Of a stretch of 64,000 nucleotides of DNA, positions 19,802 to 30,415 are shown in pieces (position 1 is the first letter of the stretch; every line of letters begins with the position of its first letter). The notes beneath the pieces were generated by a model that ran no database searches, was not told where the DNA came from, and saw only the letters and a program-made list of their open reading frames with translations. The DNA comes from an uncultured Verrucomicrobiae bacterium (GTDB taxonomy: Bacteria; Verrucomicrobiota; Verrucomicrobiia; Chthoniobacterales; Chthoniobacteraceae): assembly GCA_963769025.1 (NCBI GenBank), contig CAVYKI010000012.1, positions 448,001 to 512,000 on the forward strand, written 5' to 3'. The position numbers were made by a program, and so were the translations under genes.

Positions 19802-21124
19802 ATGGCGCTCCTGCTTTACCGCCTGCTCTTCCCGTTCGCGTTTCTCGTCGCGCTGCCGTTCTACGCGCTGCGGCTCCTGCGCCGTGAAAAGGGCCGCGCT
19901 GCGCATGCGAAACCGCCCGGCTATCAGCTCGGGCTCGGCCAGCGTTTCGGCCGCTACGCCCCGGAAATCCGCGAACGCCTCGCACGGCAGCCCGCGCCCG
20001 TGTGGATTTGCTCCATCAGCGTCGGCGAGACGCTCGTCGCGCTGAAGATCGCCCGCGCCATCCGTGCCCGTGACCCGCACGCACGCGTGGCCCTCTCCGT
20101 GACGACCAGCACCGGCTACGAACTGCTTTTGCGCGAAGCCGCCGCGCTCGACTGGCTCGTCCCGCTCTACAATCCGATCGATTTCGCCTTCGCCGCGCGC
20201 TCCGCCATTTCCACGATCCAGCCGCGCGTCCTCGTCCTCACCGAGGGCGGCATCTGGCCGAACCTCCTCTCAGCCGCGCGCGCCGCGGGCATTCGCATTG
20301 TCCTCGCCGGCGCGCGCCTCTCGCCGCGCAGCGAACGGCGCTGGCAGCGCTTCCGCGGAATCGCGCGGACCGTTTGGGATTTCTTCGACCTCGTCTGCGT
20401 GCCGGAAGCGGAGGACGTCGCGCGCTTCGAGTCCATCGGCGTCTCCCCCGGGCGCATCCGGCATATGGGCAGCGTGAAATTCGACAATGCGATCGCGACC
20501 ACCAGTTCGCGCGAAGCCGAGTTCCGCGCGCTCGCGCAACCGCTGGGATTTTCCGGGCCGATCGTCGTCGGTGGCAGCACGTGGGCGCCCGAGGAGCGCG
20601 CGCTCGCGGACGCCGTGCAGAAGCTGCGCGCCGAATTTCCATCCCTGCGCCTCATCCTCGTCCCACGCCACGTCGAGCGCGCCGCGGCCATCGCGGATGA
20701 ACTCACCCGCGCCGGCTTCCGCGTCGCGCTGCGAAGCAAACTTCCGGCTACTGCCGAAGCCGATGTCCTGCTCGTGGACACGACGGGCGAATTGCGCGGC
20801 TGGTACGCGCTCGCGACCATCGTCTTTGTCGGCAAGAGCCTCCCCGGCATCGCGGAAATCGGCGGCCAGAATGCCGGCGAACCCGCCGCGCTCGGCCTGC
20901 CCGTGGTCTTCGGCCCGCACATGGAAAACTTCGCCCCGCTCGTCACCCATCTGCTGAAGGACAACGCCGCGGTGCAAATCGCAGGCGCCACGGAATTGCA
21001 CGACGCACTCCTCGCATTGCTCGCCGATCCGGATAAACGCACCGCGATCGGCCAGCGCGCCAGCGCAGCCCTCGCCGTCCATCAGGGCGCGACCGCACGG
21101 ACCGCGGAGTGCATCCTAGGCTGA
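19802..21124 (+). CDS. waaA: 3-deoxy-D-manno-octulosonic acid (Kdo) transferase
   Basis: N-terminal anchor, WICSISVGE, GSVKFD, LILVPRHVER, DTTGEL, GGQNAGEPA, GPHMENF. Confidence 0.93.
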   Translation: MALLLYRLLFPFAFLVALPFYALRLLRREKGRAAHAKPPGYQLGLGQRFGRYAPEIRERLARQPAPVWICSISVGETLVALKIARAIRARDPHARVALSVTTSTGYELLLREAAALDWLVPLYNPIDFAFAARSAISTIQPRVLVLTEGGIWPNLLSAARAAGIRIVLAGARLSPRSERRWQRFRGIARTVWDFFDLVCVPEAEDVARFESIGVSPGRIRHMGSVKFDNAIATTSSREAEFRALAQPLGFSGPIVVGGSTWAPEERALADAVQKLRAEFPSLRLILVPRHVERAAAIADELTRAGFRVALRSKLPATAEADVLLVDTTGELRGWYALATIVFVGKSLPGIAEIGGQNAGEPAALGLPVVFGPHMENFAPLVTHLLKDNAAVQIAGATELHDALLALLADPDKRTAIGQRASAALAVHQGATARTAECILG

Positions 21125-21195
21125 CGCGCATCGCCGCGCCCGCGAAAATTGCTTTTCCCTTTTCGCCGCGGTGCGCTTTGTTAACCGCCCTGCCT

Positions 21196-21744
21196 ATGGC
21201 CAACACCATCACCAGTCCTGTCTTCGTCGTCCGCGACAACATCGACACGGACCAGATCATCCCCGCGCAATACCTCACGCTCGTGCCGACGAAGCCGGAC
21301 GAATACGAGAAGCTCGGCACCTACGCGCTCATCGGCCTTCCCGACGACGCCTACCCGGAGAAATTCGTCCCCGCCGGGCAGACGAAGACGCCGTATAAGA
21401 TCGTCATCGGCGGCAAGAATTTCGGCTGCGGCAGTTCCCGCGAGCACGCGCCCATCGCCCTCGGCGCGGCCGGCTGCGAGGCCGTGGTCTCCGAATCCTT
21501 CGCGCGCATCTTTTTCCGCAACTGCGTGGCCACCGGCGAACTCTACCCCTACGACGCCACCGAGCGGCTCTGCGAGAAAATCAAGACCGGCGACATCGCC
21601 ACGCTCGACCTCGACGCCGACACGCTCACCGTGAACGGCACGACCTACCCGCTCAAGCCGCTCGGAGAAGTCCGCCCGGTGATCGATGCCGGCGGAGTCT
21701 TCGACTACGCGCGCCAGACGGGAATGCTCCCGGCGCAAAAGTAG
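21196..21744 (+). CDS. leuD: 3-isopropylmalate dehydratase small subunit
   Basis: DNIDTDQIIPAQYL, NFGCGSSREHAP, SFARIFFRN. Confidence 0.9.
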   Translation: MANTITSPVFVVRDNIDTDQIIPAQYLTLVPTKPDEYEKLGTYALIGLPDDAYPEKFVPAGQTKTPYKIVIGGKNFGCGSSREHAPIALGAAGCEAVVSESFARIFFRNCVATGELYPYDATERLCEKIKTGDIATLDLDADTLTVNGTTYPLKPLGEVRPVIDAGGVFDYARQTGMLPAQK

Positions 21745-21862
21745 GCCGCCGCGCGCACGGCGCGCAAATCGGCACGCGCAAGCCGCGCGAATTCGATAAG
21801 CGCAAGCCGCGCGAAATCTGCCTTGAGTCCTGGCCGCGATCCGATCACCTTCCGCGCGCAAC

Positions 21863-21933
21863 GCGGGTATAGCTTAATGGTAAAGTTCCAGTCTTCCAAA
21901 CTGGCCATGAGGGTTCGATTCCCTCTACCCGCT
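21863..21933 (+). tRNA. tRNA-Gly(TCC), CCA not encoded
   Basis: GCGGGTA/TACCCGC acceptor stem, CCAGT-CTTCCAA-ACTGG anticodon arm, GGTTCGATTCC T arm. Confidence 0.96.
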
Positions 21934-22065
21934 CTCCCCTCCCGGCGCGCGTTTGGTCGCGGCGTCGGCCATGGCGCACCCTCGGAACCACGCCCGCTCC
22001 CACCATTGCGAGGACAAACCGCTGGGAGATCACGCGGATGAAACGACGCGTCTTCCGGTGATCGG

Positions 22066-23325
22066 CTACACCTCGCTCACGACGCCAGTGCTGGCGCCGA
22101 ACGACTTCGCCTCGACGCCCATGTGGTGCAGCATGCGGACGTAGAGATTCGCGAGCAGCGTGTTGTTCTTCGTGTCGAAGGCGACGTGGCCCTTGTGCTT
22201 GAAGCCGCCGCCGGCGAGGAGAATCGGGAGGTTGTTGTTGTCGTGCGAGGACGAGTTGCCGAGGTTGCTCGAGTAGAAGATCGCGGTGCGGTCGAGCAGC
22301 GTATGGTCACCTTCCCTGCTGGCTTTCATCTTCTCGATGAACTCGCCGAGCACCTGAATCTCCGCCTCCTCGATCAGGGCGAGCTGCTCCAGCTTTCCGG
22401 GATCCTGTCCGTGGTGCGAGGCGTCGTGGTGGCCAAGATTCACGCCGGTGATGTCCGGGCGCTCCTGCGTGCTGAGCCACAGCGAGACGACGCGCGTGGA
22501 GTCGGTCTGCAGAGCGAGATGCACGATGTTGTACCACTGCCGCGAGCGCTCGACGAGTTGCGGGCCGCCGAAGTCGCTCGTCGGAAGCGGAAAATCCACG
22601 CGGGGCTTCGGCGTCGTGCTCCAGACTTCGTCCTGCTGCAGCGTGTGCTCGGCCTCGCGCACCGAGGTGAGGAACAGGTCGAGCCGCTGGCGATCACTGC
22701 TGCTGACCTTCCGGTTGAGCGCTTTGATCTGCTCGCCCACGTCATCGAGGATGCTCTGGCCGTCCTTCACGCGCTGGAGTTCGCGCGCCTCCTCCTCGGC
22801 GGTGCCGGCGATGAAGAGCTTGCGGAAGACCTGCGTTGCGCGCTGCTCCGAGGGAATGCGCACGCCGCGCCGGTTCCACGCCACGTCGCCGCCGCCGAGG
22901 ATGAGCGATGGAAAGCGCGTCTGGTTGCCGATGTGCGAGGCGACTTCCTGGTCGAGCGAGATGCCGTTCTTGATGTCCTTGTCGCGGATGAATTCCGACG
23001 CAACGCCGGTGAAAAGCCCGACCTCGGCGAAGTGCCCGGCAGCGTAGCGATGCGACATGCCGGAGAAGACGGTGAACTGATCGCGGTGCTCCTGCAGGTT
23101 CTTCAGATAACGGCTCGGCTCGTAATCGCGTCCGGTCTTCTCGGGGAAAAAATTCGGCGCGTACATGCCGAGCGGCTGTCCGATGAGCACCATGCGTGGC
23201 TGCTGGCCGAGCGCCTTTTTCGCCTCGGCGGCGCCGGCTGGGATCATCGCTTCGAGGAAAGGCAGCCCGATTGCCACGCCGGAGGCGCGGAGGAAGGTGC
23301 GGCGGTCGATTCGTCGGGAGAGCAT
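22066..23325 (-). CDS. DUF1552 family protein (Tat leader)
   Basis: [60 protein letters not shown]. Confidence 0.92.
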   Translation of the reverse strand: MLSRRIDRRTFLRASGVAIGLPFLEAMIPAGAAEAKKALGQQPRMVLIGQPLGMYAPNFFPEKTGRDYEPSRYLKNLQEHRDQFTVFSGMSHRYAAGHFAEVGLFTGVASEFIRDKDIKNGISLDQEVASHIGNQTRFPSLILGGGDVAWNRRGVRIPSEQRATQVFRKLFIAGTAEEEARELQRVKDGQSILDDVGEQIKALNRKVSSSDRQRLDLFLTSVREAEHTLQQDEVWSTTPKPRVDFPLPTSDFGGPQLVERSRQWYNIVHLALQTDSTRVVSLWLSTQERPDITGVNLGHHDASHHGQDPGKLEQLALIEEAEIQVLGEFIEKMKASREGDHTLLDRTAIFYSSNLGNSSSHDNNNLPILLAGGGFKHKGHVAFDTKNNTLLANLYVRMLHHMGVEAKSFGASTGVVSEV

Positions 23326-23366
23326 GGGCGTGGGTTGGAGGTTGGGTTGCTGCGCGTGCGGAGCCG

Positions 23367-25934
23367 CTACTTGTTCAGGAAGACCCGGCTCTGGACGATT
23401 TCGTGGATGAGAGTTCGGAATCCGTAATTCTTCGCGCGCACCTTCGCGACGATCTGCTCGACGATTTCGCGGTCGGCGAACTGGATGTCCGCGCCAGTCG
23501 CATAGACAATGAGCTTCTGCGTGAGGCTGCGCGCGAGCTGGTCCTTGTCCTCGAGCAGCAGCTTCTTGTAGTCGTCGATGTCCTTGAAGGCCTTGCCCTC
23601 GGGTGTGACGCCGCCCTGCTCGACATCGAGTCCGCGATACACGCCGCGGCCGTTCGTCGGGAAGAGCGCGACCGGGAACGCTTTCGAGCGTTCGGTGACT
23701 CGGTAAAACTCGCGCCAGTTGCCGATCGGATCGAAATTTTCCAAGGCAAAGCCGGGCGGATCGATGTGGATGTGGCAGGTGGCGCACGCTGCGGATATTG
23801 CGGTGCTTGTCGAGCTGCTGGCGGATGGTCGTCGCTCCGCGGATGTCGGGCTCGATCACCGGCACATCGGCCGGCGGCGGAATTGGCGGTTTGCCGAGGA
23901 TGCGCTCAAGGATCCATTTGCCGCGCAGCACGGGCGACGTGCGCGTGCCGTCGGCGGTGACTTTCAGCACGCTCGCGTGGGTCATCACGCCGCCGCGATG
24001 GGAATCCGGCGGCAGCTTCACCTTGCGGAAGTCATTTCCGATCGACGCCGGGGATGCCGTAGAGCGTCGCGAGCCGCTCGTTCAGCATGCTCCAGTCGGA
24101 GTCGATGAAGTTGAGCAGGCTCAGGTCGTGGCGCAGCACTTCCTCGAAGAAGAGCTGCGTCTCGCGCGGCATCGCCCAGAGCAGCAGGTAGTCGAAGTCG
24201 CTGTAGAGCTGCGGGTCGGGAATCGTGAAGTCGATCTTGCGCAGGTCGAGCCACTGGCCGGCGAAATTCTCCGTGAAGCGATGCGCGCGCGGTGCGTTCA
24301 GCATGCGCTCGACCTGTGCGCGGAGCACGGCGGGCTTGCTCAGTTCTCCCTTGGCGCGCGAGGGCGAGCGAGTTCGTCGTCCGGCACGGTGGACCAGAGG
24401 AAATACGAGAGCCGCTCGGCCAGCGACTAGTCGTCGAGCTTCGGGGAAATGAGGTCGCCTTGCGCAGTCACCGTCGCGTTCGGTGAGTCGGTGAGGAACA
24501 GGAAGTCGGGCGAGGAAAGGATGAGCTTGAAGCCATACATCATCGCGTCGCTGAAGCTGTATTTCTGGTCGAGCTTGGCGTGCACGAGTTTCACGAAATG
24601 CTGCTGCACCTCCTCGCTCACCGGCCGGCGGAATGCCCGCGGCAGGAACGCGCGGATCAGGCGCTCCGCATCCGGCTTCGGATTGGCCGACGCCGGCACG
24701 CAGCGGATCGTCGAACCACTGCGACTCAGGCCGCTTTTCGCTGATCACCGGCACGCGCGTGCCCGCCATGCTCGGCCTTCACGACGGACCGCGCCTTCAG
24801 CGGCACATCGCCGAACAGGTTCTTGTAGCTCGCCGGCGGGAAGGCATCGAGCGGGCCATCCACCTGCATCCACTCCACCATCAGGCCCGGGCCGGTGTAT
24901 TCCTCGATGGGCTTCTTGAAGATCGCGGATGTCCCAAGTCGTCAGCAGATTCATGACGAACGCCTGGCGTTCGTCCGAGATCGAACTCGAACTCGATGAC
25001 TTGCGGCTTGCCGTGCGGAATCTCGCGCACCTCGCGCAGCACCGGCGATTCGCGTCCGCTCTGATTCACCACCATGAGGCCGACCGGGACCGGCTTGCCA
25101 TCCCCGCCGACGGAGCACGCCGACATGGTGATGCGATAACGCCCCGCCGCAGGCACCGCAGCCGTCGAGCAAAGTCCGTAGCGCGGCAGCTTGCTGTAGA
25201 AGATGAGCGTGTCGCCCTGCAGCTTCGAGTTGCGGCCGAGGCCTTGCTGGAAATTCGGCCCCTTCTTCGTCATCTCCAGACCGGTGCGCCGGTCGCTGAA
25301 CGGAATCGGCGGGCTGATCGGGATCACCGACTGCACCGCCTTCGCCGCCGCTTCCTGGAAGAGCAGGAAGTGCGTCGCCGACAGATCGAGCCCGCTGCTC
25401 ACATTGTCGAATCCCGCCGTCGTGCTGTCCTCCGGCAGCATCTCCTTGAGCGCGACGTTCGTGCCCAGCAGATCGCGCAGCGTGTTCTCGTATTCGGTGC
25501 CGTTGAGCCGGCGGACTGTCACGCGCCCGTCCTTCTGCTGGCGCTCGAGCGACGCCGCTTGGAGTTGCGCATGGAGGAATTGCGTCGTCGCAGCGATGTC
25601 CCTGCTGCGGCGGCCGCTCGCGCTTCTTCGGCGGCATCTCGCCGGAGACCAGTTTGTCGAAGACATGAGCCCACGTGGACGCCTCCCTTTCATCGCGAAA
25701 ATCACCCGCCAACGTATCCAGCCGCAGCCCCGCCTTGTGCGTGTCCTCGCCGTGGCAATCCACGCAATGCGCCTCGATGAACGGCACGATCGCGCGCTTG
25801 AAGAAATCCGGCGCGCTCTGGATTCGCCCCGGCGGCGGCGCCTTCCCTTCACTGCGGGCCGGCAGCCCACCCATGCAGGCGAGGAAAAAACTCACGAGCA
25901 GCGAGGATGATTGGATGATGACTCGGGTCGTCAC
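23367..25934 (-). pseudogene. DUF1587/DUF1595/DUF1592/DUF1588/DUF1585 heme-binding protein, heavily disrupted (about 8 frameshifts and 1 TAG)
   Basis: Successive frames give [83 protein letters not shown]. Start (GTG at 25934) is approximate; it may be an intact gene with sequencing errors. Confidence 0.85.
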
Positions 25935-26006
25935 AGGCGGGTGTGTGGAGAGCCCATTGAATGCCGGATTGTTTGAAACATTAAGCGGCACGCCGCCGCT
26001 TGCGAT

Positions 26007-26876
26007 TCACTTTCTCAGCGCCTGCGCGACAAACTCGGACAACGCCACCGTCGCGGGATCGTCGGCCCGGCCAAGGTCGTTGTTGAGCTTGCTGTGGTTG
26101 GTCTCCCTTCCGCCGAAAACCCTGGTCGGGACACCGGCGTCTTTCAGCACCGCACCGAGCCGCTGCGCCTGCGCGCTGGTATCGGGGTGGTCGGCGACAT
26201 GCAGGATGAGGAATGGCGGGATGCCCTTCCCCTTCGCCACATGCGTGACGGCGGAGAAGTCCTTGTGATTCTCGGGAGTGTTCCCGAATTTCTCACGGTG
26301 CCCGTTCTTCCGCGACGGAAACCCGTGCACACGCAGGCGCGTCTCCGCCGTCTCGATGATCGCCGGCACGTCGTACGTGTCGCCGTCCACAGGCACGCAG
26401 CCGATGAGCACGTCGAACGAAACACCCTCGGCCTTCAGGTAGCGTTCGTCGGTGCAGAGAATGGCCGCGAGCTGCGCGCCGGCCGAGTGCCCGCCGACGA
26501 GCACGCGTTTCGGATCGCCGCCGAACTCGGCGATGTGCTTCTCCACCCATCCGAACGCCTTCGCGACATCGCGGATGAGCGTACCCATTTCCACCTCCGG
26601 CAGCAGGCGGTAGTTCGTGGAGACAAAGACGAACCCCTTGTCCATGAACCATTGCGGCTTGAGCTTTACGTCGCCCTTGTCACCCGCCTGCCATCCGCCG
26701 CCGTGAATCCAAAAGACCACCGGCAGATTCTTCGCGCCCGGCGGCGAGTAAATGTCGAGCACGTGGCGCGCATGACCGTTCTCGACGTAGGGGATGTTGC
26801 CCTTGGTGGGTGCGAGGCTCTGAGCGTGGGCTTGGACGAGAAGCGTGGCGGCGATGAGGAGGCGCGGGAGTTTCAT
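26007..26876 (-). CDS. Secreted alpha/beta hydrolase (carboxylesterase/BD-FAE-like)
   Basis: Signal peptide, HGGGW oxyanion motif, GHSAG nucleophile. Confidence 0.9.
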   Translation of the reverse strand: MKLPRLLIAATLLVQAHAQSLAPTKGNIPYVENGHARHVLDIYSPPGAKNLPVVFWIHGGGWQAGDKGDVKLKPQWFMDKGFVFVSTNYRLLPEVEMGTLIRDVAKAFGWVEKHIAEFGGDPKRVLVGGHSAGAQLAAILCTDERYLKAEGVSFDVLIGCVPVDGDTYDVPAIIETAETRLRVHGFPSRKNGHREKFGNTPENHKDFSAVTHVAKGKGIPPFLILHVADHPDTSAQAQRLGAVLKDAGVPTRVFGGRETNHSKLNNDLGRADDPATVALSEFVAQALRK

Positions 26877-27017
26877 GGGGGAGCTGGGGATGATTGCTGC
26901 CACCGGCGAGTCAGCCGGCAGCGCGCGTCAGGCAGTTCACCACCGGATGCGGTGGAAAGCGAGCGTCGCATCCGAAACTTGAAGCCTTCGGTGCACGCGG
27001 CAACCGGGCATGCGCGT

Positions 27018-28259
27018 TCACCGCGGCTGCGACTTCGGCCCGAAACGCGCCACCGCCGCCTTCATGAAGCCTCCGTACATCACCTTCTGCTGCTCGCCTG
27101 GCATGTCGAAGCGCTCGACGAGGATCACCATCGCCAGCCCGTTCTCCGGGTCGATCCACATCGCCGTGCGCCGTGCGCCCCGGTGCCCGAAGCTGCCCGC
27201 GGCCGGCCCTTCCTCGTCGGTGAGCTTCACGCTCCAGCCGATGCCGTAGGTTTCCTGCGGACTCAGCTTCACGTCGCCGATCTGCGGCGCGCTCATCTCG
27301 CGCACGGCCTTTTCGGAAAGGTAGCGTTTGCCGTCGAGTTCGCCGCCCCGCAGCAGCATTCGGCAGAACTGGCCGAGATCGCGTGCCGTGGAAAAGTAGC
27401 CGCCCGCAGGCATCGCGTAGCGTTTGCCATAATCGAAGGCGATGCCGAAGCCCATGTCCTGCGTGACCGCCCGCGGCACGGGCAGGCCGCCGCTGAACTT
27501 GAGGATGTGCTCCGGCTTCGCGTTCGCGTCCTGGACGATCTCGACAAGGTCCTTCTTGTCCTCGGTGAAGCGCGCCGTGTGCGCGAGCCGCGCGGCCTGC
27601 TCCTCGTTCGGCCAGCACGTCGTGTCCTTCATGCCGAGCGGATCAAGGAGCCGCTTTTGCATGAACTCCGCATACGTCATCCCGCTCACGACCTCGATGA
27701 TGCGCGCGCCGGTGTTGATGCCGCAGTTGTTGTATTCGTATTTCGTGCCCGGCTCCTGCCGCAGCGGATGCTTCGCGTATTCGAGCACGTCATCCTTCAG
27801 CACTTGCGTGCGTTTCAAAGTCTTCTCGCTCGCGAGCACGAGGCCGCTCGTGTGGCTCATGATCTCGCGCACGGTGATCGGATGCCCCGGCGGATGCATC
27901 TCGATGCCCTCCTGCTCGACCCGCTGCCCCTTGAACTCCGGCAGATGTTTCTCCACCGGATCGTCGAGGCTCACCTTGCCCTCATCCACGAGCATCATGA
28001 GCGCGGTGCCGGTGAGCGATTTGCTCATCGAGGCGATCCAAAACACCGCGTCCTCCCGGATCGGCACCTTCCTCGCGAGACTCGCGTAGCCGGCCTTCTC
28101 CAGCGAGACAACGCCGTCCCTGTTCGCCACAAGCGCAACCACGCCCGGCGCGATGCGCCCAGCCACGAACGACTGCAGGACGGTCGCAATCGGCGCCGGC
28201 GCGTCAGTGGCCAACAAAAGGCAAGGAACCAGCAGCAGGGTAACGAGCGTTCGTTTCAT
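27018..28259 (-). CDS. Secreted serine hydrolase, beta-lactamase (class C/AmpC-like) fold
   Basis: FWIASMSK (SxxK), YNN, SHTSGL, FGHRG. Confidence 0.9.
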   Translation of the reverse strand: MKRTLVTLLLVPCLLLATDAPAPIATVLQSFVAGRIAPGVVALVANRDGVVSLEKAGYASLARKVPIREDAVFWIASMSKSLTGTALMMLVDEGKVSLDDPVEKHLPEFKGQRVEQEGIEMHPPGHPITVREIMSHTSGLVLASEKTLKRTQVLKDDVLEYAKHPLRQEPGTKYEYNNCGINTGARIIEVVSGMTYAEFMQKRLLDPLGMKDTTCWPNEEQAARLAHTARFTEDKKDLVEIVQDANAKPEHILKFSGGLPVPRAVTQDMGFGIAFDYGKRYAMPAGGYFSTARDLGQFCRMLLRGGELDGKRYLSEKAVREMSAPQIGDVKLSPQETYGIGWSVKLTDEEGPAAGSFGHRGARRTAMWIDPENGLAMVILVERFDMPGEQQKVMYGGFMKAAVARFGPKSQPR

Positions 28260-28286
28260 GTTTGGGAAGGTTGAATCCTGAGCCGT

Positions 28287-28994
28287 TCAGCGCGCCGGCC
28301 ATTTGGCGCGGACCGTCCGCTCCCATTCGTCGGCCATCAATTGGTGGCCGGAGTAAGTCGGATGCACGCCGTCCCAGATCCAGTGTTCGGCAGGAGCCGC
28401 TTTGCACGCAGCTTCGAAGACGGGCTGGAAACGCACCAGCGCCCCATCGTGCTTCGCAGCCAGCCTGGCGACCACATCCTGCCGCGCCTGAATGCCCGCA
28501 CGCCACTCCACATAGCCGTCCTTCCGTCTGCCGACGGGCAGCGTGAATGGCTCGCAAAGGACGAGCCGCAGCTTGGGATTCGCCGCCCGCGCCTGCGCGA
28601 TGAGTCCGTCATACGTCCGCTCGTATTCGTCGAGCGGCACGCCATGCGACTGATCGTTCACGCCGATGAGGATGCTCAGCACATCGGGTTTCAAATCGAT
28701 GGTGTCCTTGTCCCACCGCTTCTGGAGTTCACGCACCGTATTGCCCGACGATCCGCGATTCAAAAAATCGAGATTCATCGCGGCAAACGCAGCGCCGTAT
28801 TTGGCGGCGATGATGAAGGCGTAACCGTGGCCGAGAATGTGGTTCGGATCAGCGCTGCGCCCGCGATTGCCATCCGTGATCGAATCGCCCTGAAACAGAA
28901 TGCGAGCACCTGCCGTAAACGCGGCGATGGATTCCGTCGCCTGGAGCTTCGCGGTCAGCAGCACGCACACGAAAAGCGCTATGATTGGGTTCAT
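28287..28994 (-). CDS. SGNH/GDSL hydrolase
   Basis: FQGDSITD, NRGSSG, GVND, DGVHP. Confidence 0.92.
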   Translation of the reverse strand: MNPIIALFVCVLLTAKLQATESIAAFTAGARILFQGDSITDGNRGRSADPNHILGHGYAFIIAAKYGAAFAAMNLDFLNRGSSGNTVRELQKRWDKDTIDLKPDVLSILIGVNDQSHGVPLDEYERTYDGLIAQARAANPKLRLVLCEPFTLPVGRRKDGYVEWRAGIQARQDVVARLAAKHDGALVRFQPVFEAACKAAPAEHWIWDGVHPTYSGHQLMADEWERTVRAKWPAR

Positions 28995-29283
28995 GGCAGG
29001 AAACACTGCGGGGCGGATCGAAAGACATCAATGCAGCACCGCATCCGCGCACGGGACGGCGGCCTGCCCCAGCACCGCTCCCCGAATTTCAGTTTTCCCC
29101 GAAGTGCGATCTGCCAATGCCACGCCGCGGCATCCATCACGCTTCGTGCATGGAATTTCGGGCGTGCGTTTCGGTCGCAACTCGAACGATAAGAGGCAGC
29201 GATTTTCGCACCGCAAGAACGCTGCCACGCTTGTCCACCGAAACGGATTCAGCCGGGTCAGCACCGCCCCCTTTTACCGCACC

Positions 29284-30399
29284 ATGAATGTCCCGCCTGC
29301 TTCGCCCAAACTGATCTTCGACTGCCACCTCGACATCGCGATGAATGCGATGGAGTTCAACCGCGACCAGCGGTGGACCCTCGAGAAAATCCGACGTGCC
29401 GAGACCGTCGCGAATGCGATCCATCCCGATGGCGTGCGGGGTCGGATGCGCAATGCGGTTTGTTTTCCCGAACTGCGCCGCGGCCGCATCGGCATCATCG
29501 TCGCCACGCAGATCGCGCGTTACGTGCCGCCCTTTGGCAAACTGCCGGGTTGGCAGAGCCCCGAGCAGGCGTGGGCGCATACGCAGGGGCAGTTCGCCTA
29601 TTACCGGGCGATGGAGGACTGCGGGGAGATGCTCCAGCTTCGGACTTGGGCGGATGTCGAGACGCATGCCGCGAAGTGGCTCGCCGCATCCGATGCCGAG
29701 GCGGCGACGCTGCCAATCGGCTACCTGCTGAGCCTCGAAGGCGCGGATTCGATCCTGAGCTGGCGGCATTTGGAAAAGTCGCGCGCGGACGGGCTCATCG
29801 CGATCGGGCCCGTGCACTACGGGCCAGGAATCTACGGCCATGGGACGGACGACGAAGGCCCGCTGACGCCGAAGGGCCGCGAGCTGCTGAAGGAAATGGA
29901 GCGGCTCGGCCTCATCCTCGATGTCACGCATCTCTGCGATGAGAGCATGCGTGACGCTCTCGACCGTTTCAGCGGCCCCGTCTGGGCGAGCCATCATAAC
30001 TGCCGCGCGCTCGCGAACTGGAACCGCCAGCTCAGCGACGGGCAAATCAAGGAACTGGTCGCGCGCGGCGCCGTCATCGGCATGGCGTTCGATGCGATCA
30101 TGATGGTCCACGGCTGGCGGCATCGCGTTTCGACGCCGCAGGAATTCCATCTGCGCATCGAGAGAATCTGCGACCACATCGATCACATCTGCCAGCTCGC
30201 CGGGAACGCGCGGCACGTCGGCATCGGCACCGATCTCGACGGCGGCTACGGCACCGAGCAGACGCCGCTCGATCTCGACAGCATCGCGGACATCGCAAGT
30301 CTCGACGGACTCCTTGCCCATCGCGGCTACAGTGCGGAGGACATCACCGGTATCCTGCGCGGGAATTTCTTCCGCTTCATGCGCGAGCACCTGAAGTAG
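29284..30399 (+). CDS. Membrane dipeptidase (peptidase M19)
   Basis: FDCHLD, SLEGAD, DVTHL, ASHHN, GIGTDLDGG, GNF. Confidence 0.92.
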   Translation: MNVPPASPKLIFDCHLDIAMNAMEFNRDQRWTLEKIRRAETVANAIHPDGVRGRMRNAVCFPELRRGRIGIIVATQIARYVPPFGKLPGWQSPEQAWAHTQGQFAYYRAMEDCGEMLQLRTWADVETHAAKWLAASDAEAATLPIGYLLSLEGADSILSWRHLEKSRADGLIAIGPVHYGPGIYGHGTDDEGPLTPKGRELLKEMERLGLILDVTHLCDESMRDALDRFSGPVWASHHNCRALANWNRQLSDGQIKELVARGAVIGMAFDAIMMVHGWRHRVSTPQEFHLRIERICDHIDHICQLAGNARHVGIGTDLDGGYGTEQTPLDLDSIADIASLDGLLAHRGYSAEDITGILRGNFFRFMREHLK

Positions 30400-30415
30400 C
30401 CCGCGCCTGGCTACC

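Noticed and set aside
18823..19803. N-terminal extension of the TPR ORF to 1466 aa
   Set aside because: It overlaps the plus-strand phosphorylase, and the signal peptide begins at 18822/18804.
21745..21822. Short GCGCAAGCCGCGCGAA duplication between leuD and tRNA-Gly
   Set aside because: Only two good copies with a very short spacer; it looks like local slippage with no supportable function.
22066..24021. 651-aa apparent DUF1588-DUF1552 fusion
   Set aside because: Chimera caused by a frameshift at ~23795; DUF1552 starts at 23325 with its own Tat leader.
27018..28259. Calling the SxxK protein an antibiotic-resistance beta-lactamase
   Set aside because: It has HRG rather than KTG and sits among esterases; fold membership alone does not support resistance.
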